This document shows, piece after piece, positions 59,449-64,000 of a stretch of 64,000 nt of DNA. The stretch is from TPA_inf: Saccharomyces. Taxonomy: Eukaryota. Where the stretch lies: contig BK006941.2 in the NCBI GenBank assembly GCA_000146045.2, positions 672,001 through 736,000 on the forward strand. The letters run 5' to 3'. The notes below the pieces were generated by a model. That model was not told the DNA's origin, did no database searches, and saw nothing but the letters and a program-made list of their open reading frames with translations. Positions within the stretch are counted from its first letter, which is position 1. Every line of letters starts with the position of its first letter. The position numbers and the translations under genes are program-made.

Positions 59449-60927
59449 TTACCTATTGGCAGGATCTTCTTGATGAATTGGTAGGATCTTTTCGGATTGA
59501 ATCATTTCTCCATTCCCATCCGAGGAACTATTAGTACCGCTACTGCTACGTTCAGCGGCCAAATGAGCGTTGTTCACCCGGTGATTTACATCAGAGCGTT
59601 GTGAATCTTCGTCTACACCCCATAGATAGTAATCTCTTCTCACTTCCACATAATCGTACGCAAATTCGCCAATTTGATCTTCGTCCATACCCGCCTCCTC
59701 TGCCTCTTCTGATATTCTTAGCCTCATACCGGGTATGTAGCCGAGCACAAAGCAGATTATTGCAGTTACAGCAGCAGTGTACCCAATGGATGCGGCAATG
59801 TAAGCGATCTGCTTATACATTTGCTTGTAATTGTGAGTTACCCAGCCGCCCTCGTGCTCTGTAGTGCCATCCATACCAATGACCCAGTCTGCTCCAAAAA
59901 GGGCATTGAAAATTAGTCCTATTACGCCTGCAACCCCGTGCTCAGCTAGAATGTCCATGGCATCATCTACTTTAGCGTAGTATTTCAACTTCGTCGCAAA
60001 GTTACACACTACCCCCGCCACAATGCCTTGAATAAGTGAACCGTAAAGGGTTATACAGCCTGAGCTTGGCGTTGCAGCCACCAGCCCAGAAATGATACCG
60101 GAGCACAGACCAACTGTCGACCATTTCTTCTCCGATCTGTAATCCAGAAGACACCACGTCATCCCACCAGTAATGGCACTGAGACATGTATTCATGAATG
60201 CATAAACTGACCTCAAATTTGGGGATAATGAGGATGCAGAATTAAATAGCAGCCAGCCAAACCACAGTATGGATGTGCCTAGAGTGACCAATGAAACATT
60301 ATGAGGCCTGAAATTTATCAGTAACTTTTCATTTCTTTTGCCCAAAAACCAAGAGTAAACAAACCCGGAAACAGCGCTTAATATTTCAATGTTGCCGCCG
60401 CCTGCCCAATCGAGGACTCCCCATTGGTATGCCCAACCACCTGGTGACCAAATCCAATACGTCACTGGACAATATCCAATGGTAGCTAGAATAAAGAGAA
60501 AAACCATGTGCGGTAGCAGCCTGCCTCTTTCGGCAGTGGCGCCAGCGATAATACTTAAGTTGACGCACGAAAACATCATTTGGAAGGTTGCATACGCGAG
60601 CTCAGGGTAGGCATCTTCATCGAATTTTTTTCCGTACACGTTTCTAAAGCCAAACGAATCTAGATTCCCAATGAATTTATTATTCGGAGCGGACTTTGAA
60701 AAAGCTAGAGAGTAACCCCAGAAATACCATTGCAGTATACCGACCAAAGTCGCCATTAATACAACCCAGATTAGTGCTAGTGCAGACTTCCTTCTTGCCA
60801 ATCCGGAGTACAAGAATCCCAATCCGGGCACCATAAAAAATACTAGGGCGGCACCTAATATCATGAAGGCCACAGTGGGGCCATCGTAGGTTTCAGTCGT
60901 TAAAGGCCCTGTAGTTCGACTCTCCAT
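59449..60927 (-). CDS. MEP1: Ammonium transporter (Amt/Mep family)
   Basis: The ORF is 492 aa with 11 TM helices and Amt signature regions. Confidence 0.9.
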   Translation of the reverse strand: MESRTTGPLTTETYDGPTVAFMILGAALVFFMVPGLGFLYSGLARRKSALALIWVVLMATLVGILQWYFWGYSLAFSKSAPNNKFIGNLDSFGFRNVYGKKFDEDAYPELAYATFQMMFSCVNLSIIAGATAERGRLLPHMVFLFILATIGYCPVTYWIWSPGGWAYQWGVLDWAGGGNIEILSAVSGFVYSWFLGKRNEKLLINFRPHNVSLVTLGTSILWFGWLLFNSASSLSPNLRSVYAFMNTCLSAITGGMTWCLLDYRSEKKWSTVGLCSGIISGLVAATPSSGCITLYGSLIQGIVAGVVCNFATKLKYYAKVDDAMDILAEHGVAGVIGLIFNALFGADWVIGMDGTTEHEGGWVTHNYKQMYKQIAYIAASIGYTAAVTAIICFVLGYIPGMRLRISEEAEEAGMDEDQIGEFAYDYVEVRRDYYLWGVDEDSQRSDVNHRVNNAHLAAERSSSGTNSSSDGNGEMIQSEKILPIHQEDPANR

Positions 60928-61234
60928 AGTTTCTACAGTATAAGAATCCGTACTGCAGTTATGTTTACTAAAATAATTCTCTGATCATAAGCCTAAACAA
61001 GTTACAAGAGCGCCTATATAAATAAACTACCTTTTAAGTATCTTATTCTGGAACTGCATTATCGACTGGTAAGCAGAAGGTGCTATAGAAGCCTACACCA
61101 CTTTTCCGATTTTTTTTTTTTTTTTTTTTCAGGAAAAACATCTTCCATCAATACTTTGTCATTTCTTTCTTCTTCTCTTCTGTGCTTACATAGCCATAAG
61201 ATGTCACACAAGGGTGTCTGTAGCAATTGTGAAT

Positions 61235-61290
61235 CTTATCGTTATCGCAATCTCTGAGATGTCTCATCCAATAAGAGGGGCGCGTGTCCG
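61235..61290. promoter_or_regulatory. GATA-factor (Gln3/Gat1) sites in the MEP1 upstream region
   Basis: CTTATCGTTATC (two GATAA on the MEP1-sense strand) lies at 61235-61246 and GATAAG at 61285-61290. These are about 310-360 bp upstream of the MEP1 ATG. Confidence 0.6.
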
Positions 61291-61934
61291 CAGAGATAAG
61301 CAACCAGGGCCTTTTCTTTTGCACTCAGCCTGACAAAGGGAGGGGAGGCGCAAAACAAAGTTCGTGGCAAAGGACAACCGTAGAAGAGCATCGCCATGTT
61401 GATTTTGAAGAATGTCAAGACACAAGTACAAGTTATGGATGTGCATCGCAAAGGGAAAAAGGGGAGTGGGGGAAAGAAATACGTTTGTCCCTAAGTGCTC
61501 TTATGCTCCCTTTTGTGCTTCAGAGGTTCTTGATCAATTATTAAGAGGGGATAACTCTATCGTATATAACTTTTATCTTAAAAATGGTTCAGGTAGTGTT
61601 TATATAGGCTCAGTCTTTCTTATCTGAAAAAAAACAGTACGGGATTTTTTGTGCGCTCGAATAGTGCCGAACTCAATTACGGGCTGTGGTAACACTTGAG
61701 ATCTTGTCTTCCCTTACAAATAGCTCTAGGGGTGTTGCATGTAGCCGCAGTAACATCTTGAAGAAGTGTACACTTTTGAGGGGACGCCATTGTGTTACGT
61801 TCTATGTATTGAATAGTATAGTTTTCAATTTTCCTGCGCTGACGTAAACCGGCTGTAAGAAAAAACGTATAATCGAGAACTGGTTATTCAAAGGTTGAAC
61901 TTTAAAGTGAAAAGTAGCTCTAACAAAATAAATC

Positions 61935-63143
61935 ATGCGTGAGAATGCAATGTCTACAAAGAAACTTCCCTATAAATTATCTGGCAGCAGCAAAATAACA
62001 ACTTCCATACCTAATGATTTAATCATACTGCGAAATAATTGCATAAATTCACTGAACAGTTCCTCGTCCAAAGCTGACAGCATTACATGTATAGATACGT
62101 GGCTAAAATACACAGAGGGTTTGTTAACCCACAGGTACGAAGCTAATAATGACGCCGCTCTCATTGAAGAGGAGATAGCGATTGCGTTAATCAATGTTGC
62201 CGTATTTTATCAAGACATCGGTATTGAAACATTGTACAGAGCTTATGAATCTTCACAAGCGTCAAATAACTTATGGACAACAAGCGGGACCTATCTAAAG
62301 AGAGGTCTAGGCTTAATCTGCTTTCTTGGAAAGAATTTTCAAATAAACACAGCTAATGATTGCCAAAAGATGCAGGTTCTCAACGTCCTTAATCAGCTAT
62401 CATTAGAGTTTCAATTGCTGCAACAACTAGGGATTGTCGTTTTAGCACTGTCTAAACTAAGATCAAAAATCAGCAAGGATGCTGTTGCGGACCTTGAGCC
62501 TCAAGAATTGGAAGAGCTAGGCAAGTCCAGTGTCTTTTACGCTAAGCTTTGTATTGGATCTTATAGCACTGCTTCGCAATGCCAAGGAGGCCGTATAGTG
62601 GACGCATTATTTATGAATTATTTACAGAGTTTGACCTATCTCTTCCTATCAATCAACCAATACAACAATGATGAGTGCGGAATTGCCATTGGGATGCTCC
62701 AAGAATCGATCAAAAAACTGTTAAATATAGTACCCAATTCGCAACTAAAAGAGTTGGACATTTTATCCTCAACCGATATTACAAAGAAGAGGGATCTTAT
62801 AAAGATGTCGTTTAAAAGGAAAATACATGGGTCTACTTTAAAAAACCAACGGATATTTGAGAAGAAGGTGCCATTTTCATCCAAAGCGTACATGATGCCG
62901 TTATTGAAATCTTCATTAGACGATTTTGTTATCCCACTAACGATACTGTTAAGGTACAGATACCAGACAACCAATGAGAATTATTCCTTCAAAACGGTTG
63001 AAACCGACGTTTCTAAATTGAAGGAGCTTTTCCCCAGGGGAAAATCGTCAGATATTGAAGGCACTGTATGGAGTTTCCAAGATGGACATCTTACATTTGC
63101 AGACTCAAATAATGCAACCCACAATTGCGGTAATTATTTTTGA
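61935..63143 (+). CDS. Protein of poorly defined function (YGR122W)
   Basis: The ORF is 402 aa. No motif is recognisable by eye. Confidence 0.7.
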   Translation: MRENAMSTKKLPYKLSGSSKITTSIPNDLIILRNNCINSLNSSSSKADSITCIDTWLKYTEGLLTHRYEANNDAALIEEEIAIALINVAVFYQDIGIETLYRAYESSQASNNLWTTSGTYLKRGLGLICFLGKNFQINTANDCQKMQVLNVLNQLSLEFQLLQQLGIVVLALSKLRSKISKDAVADLEPQELEELGKSSVFYAKLCIGSYSTASQCQGGRIVDALFMNYLQSLTYLFLSINQYNNDECGIAIGMLQESIKKLLNIVPNSQLKELDILSSTDITKKRDLIKMSFKRKIHGSTLKNQRIFEKKVPFSSKAYMMPLLKSSLDDFVIPLTILLRYRYQTTNENYSFKTVETDVSKLKELFPRGKSSDIEGTVWSFQDGHLTFADSNNATHNCGNYF

Positions 63144-63540
63144 ATTGAATCAAACGCCGTTCGAACGTAGAGGTCAATAGTCTATATGAATAATATTTTT
63201 AAGGTCTACTCTACTATGAATTTTGCATAAAAATATACACATGTTAGAATAAGGAAACCACTATCTACTAATCACGGCTAACCACTGCAAACAATGGCAT
63301 TATTTACTAATATAATTATGTGTGTTGGAGTGAGAATCAATTATAGTCTACCGATCTGGTGCTCTTGTCAGCAGTATATTATTTTTGAGAAGAACTTTCC
63401 TTTTTTTTTTATGTATACGTAATGATCAGAATTTTTTAATAAAGATGTACTTCAAAAGCTTTTTTTAATATTCATAGTAGAATTTAGTGAATAATTTGAT
63501 AATTGTTGGGCTTCCATTGTTGGTAAAGGCTATTATATTA

Positions 63541-63885
63541 GTTTTGGAATAAAAATTCAACTATCGTCTATCAACTAGTAGTCATACTACCAGTATATTA
63601 TCATATACGGTGTTAGATGGTGACATAGGTTATGAGAAGCTGTCATCGAAGTTAGAGGAAGCTGAAGTGCAAGGATTGATAATGTAATAGGATAATGAAA
63701 CATATAAAACCGAATGAGAAATAATCGTAATTGTATTACATAGGGACACCAATTCCATTTTGAGGATTCCTATATCCTCGAGGAGAACTTTTAGTATATT
63801 TTCTGTACTAATATTATAGCTTTTACCGATAATTGAATCCTAACAGTAATCTCAAAATTCACCAATTTCCCACAACTATCGCAAA
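63541..63885 (+). repeat. Diverged solo delta (Ty1/Ty2 LTR)
   Basis: It begins …TTGGAATAAAAATTCAACTATCGTCTATCAACTAGTAG… and includes …GAAGCTGAAGTGCAAGGATTGATAATGTAATAGG… and …CCATTTTGAGGATTCCTATATCCTCGAGGAGAACTTTTAGTATAT…. It runs for about 340 bp. Both end coordinates are approximate. Confidence 0.7.
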
Positions 63886-63980
63886 ATTCACCCATATTCC
63901 AATCTTGTGCGCTTCATGGCGATTATTTCATTATGTTTGGTTAATAAAATAAACATAATCTTGCATTAGAGATAGTTAAG

Positions 63981-64000
63981 TTGTTGTATCTCAAAATGAG
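63981..64000 (+). repeat. First 20 nt of a sigma (Ty3 LTR) running off the window edge
   Basis: TGTTGTATCTCAAAATGAG is identical to the first 19-20 nt of the sigma LTRs at 35195 and 40206. Confidence 0.6.

Noticed and set aside
1-64000. Possibility of a prokaryotic-style defence or other novel multi-gene system
   Set aside because: The sequence is unmistakably yeast nuclear DNA with monocistronic genes, a spliceosomal intron, Pol III genes and Ty elements. There is no operon-like cluster, CRISPR array or unexplained large ORF.

Overview
This window is nuclear DNA from Saccharomyces cerevisiae, chromosome VII right arm, covering YGR094W through YGR122W. It is gene-dense: about 27 protein-coding genes, nearly all recognisable from the ORF translations. 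Starting from VAS1 (valyl-tRNA synthetase), they are RRP46, TPC1, ASK10, ESP1 (separase), TEL2, MDR1, PCP1, GTF1, NOP7, SRB5, VMA21, VOA1, CLB1, CLB6, CLD1, YGR111W, SHY1, DAM1, SPT6, YGR117C, the intron-containing RPS23A, NUP57, COG2, MEP1 and YGR122W. There are four Pol III genes: tRNA-Leu(GAG), an intron-containing tRNA-Lys(UUU), tRNA-Cys(GCA) and tRNA-Asn(GUU). The main accessory content is retrotransposon-derived. A complete Ty3 element (5351 bp) with identical sigma LTRs and a GAAAG target-site duplication sits 15 bp upstream of tRNA-Cys. Ty1/Ty2 delta LTR fragments lie next to the tRNA-Leu/tRNA-Lys pair. At the window's 3' edge a diverged solo delta is followed by the first 20 nt of another sigma. 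Regulatory motifs readable directly include Rap1 sites upstream of RPS23A, PAC and RRPE motifs upstream of NOP7, MCB boxes upstream of CLB6, and GATA sites upstream of MEP1. I found no sign of an undescribed system. The ORF-poor stretches are LTR debris or homopolymer-rich promoters, and the antisense ORFs in the track are low-complexity artefacts. Several ORF-track starts are N-terminally over-extended, and I trimmed them to the start that gives the expected protein length.
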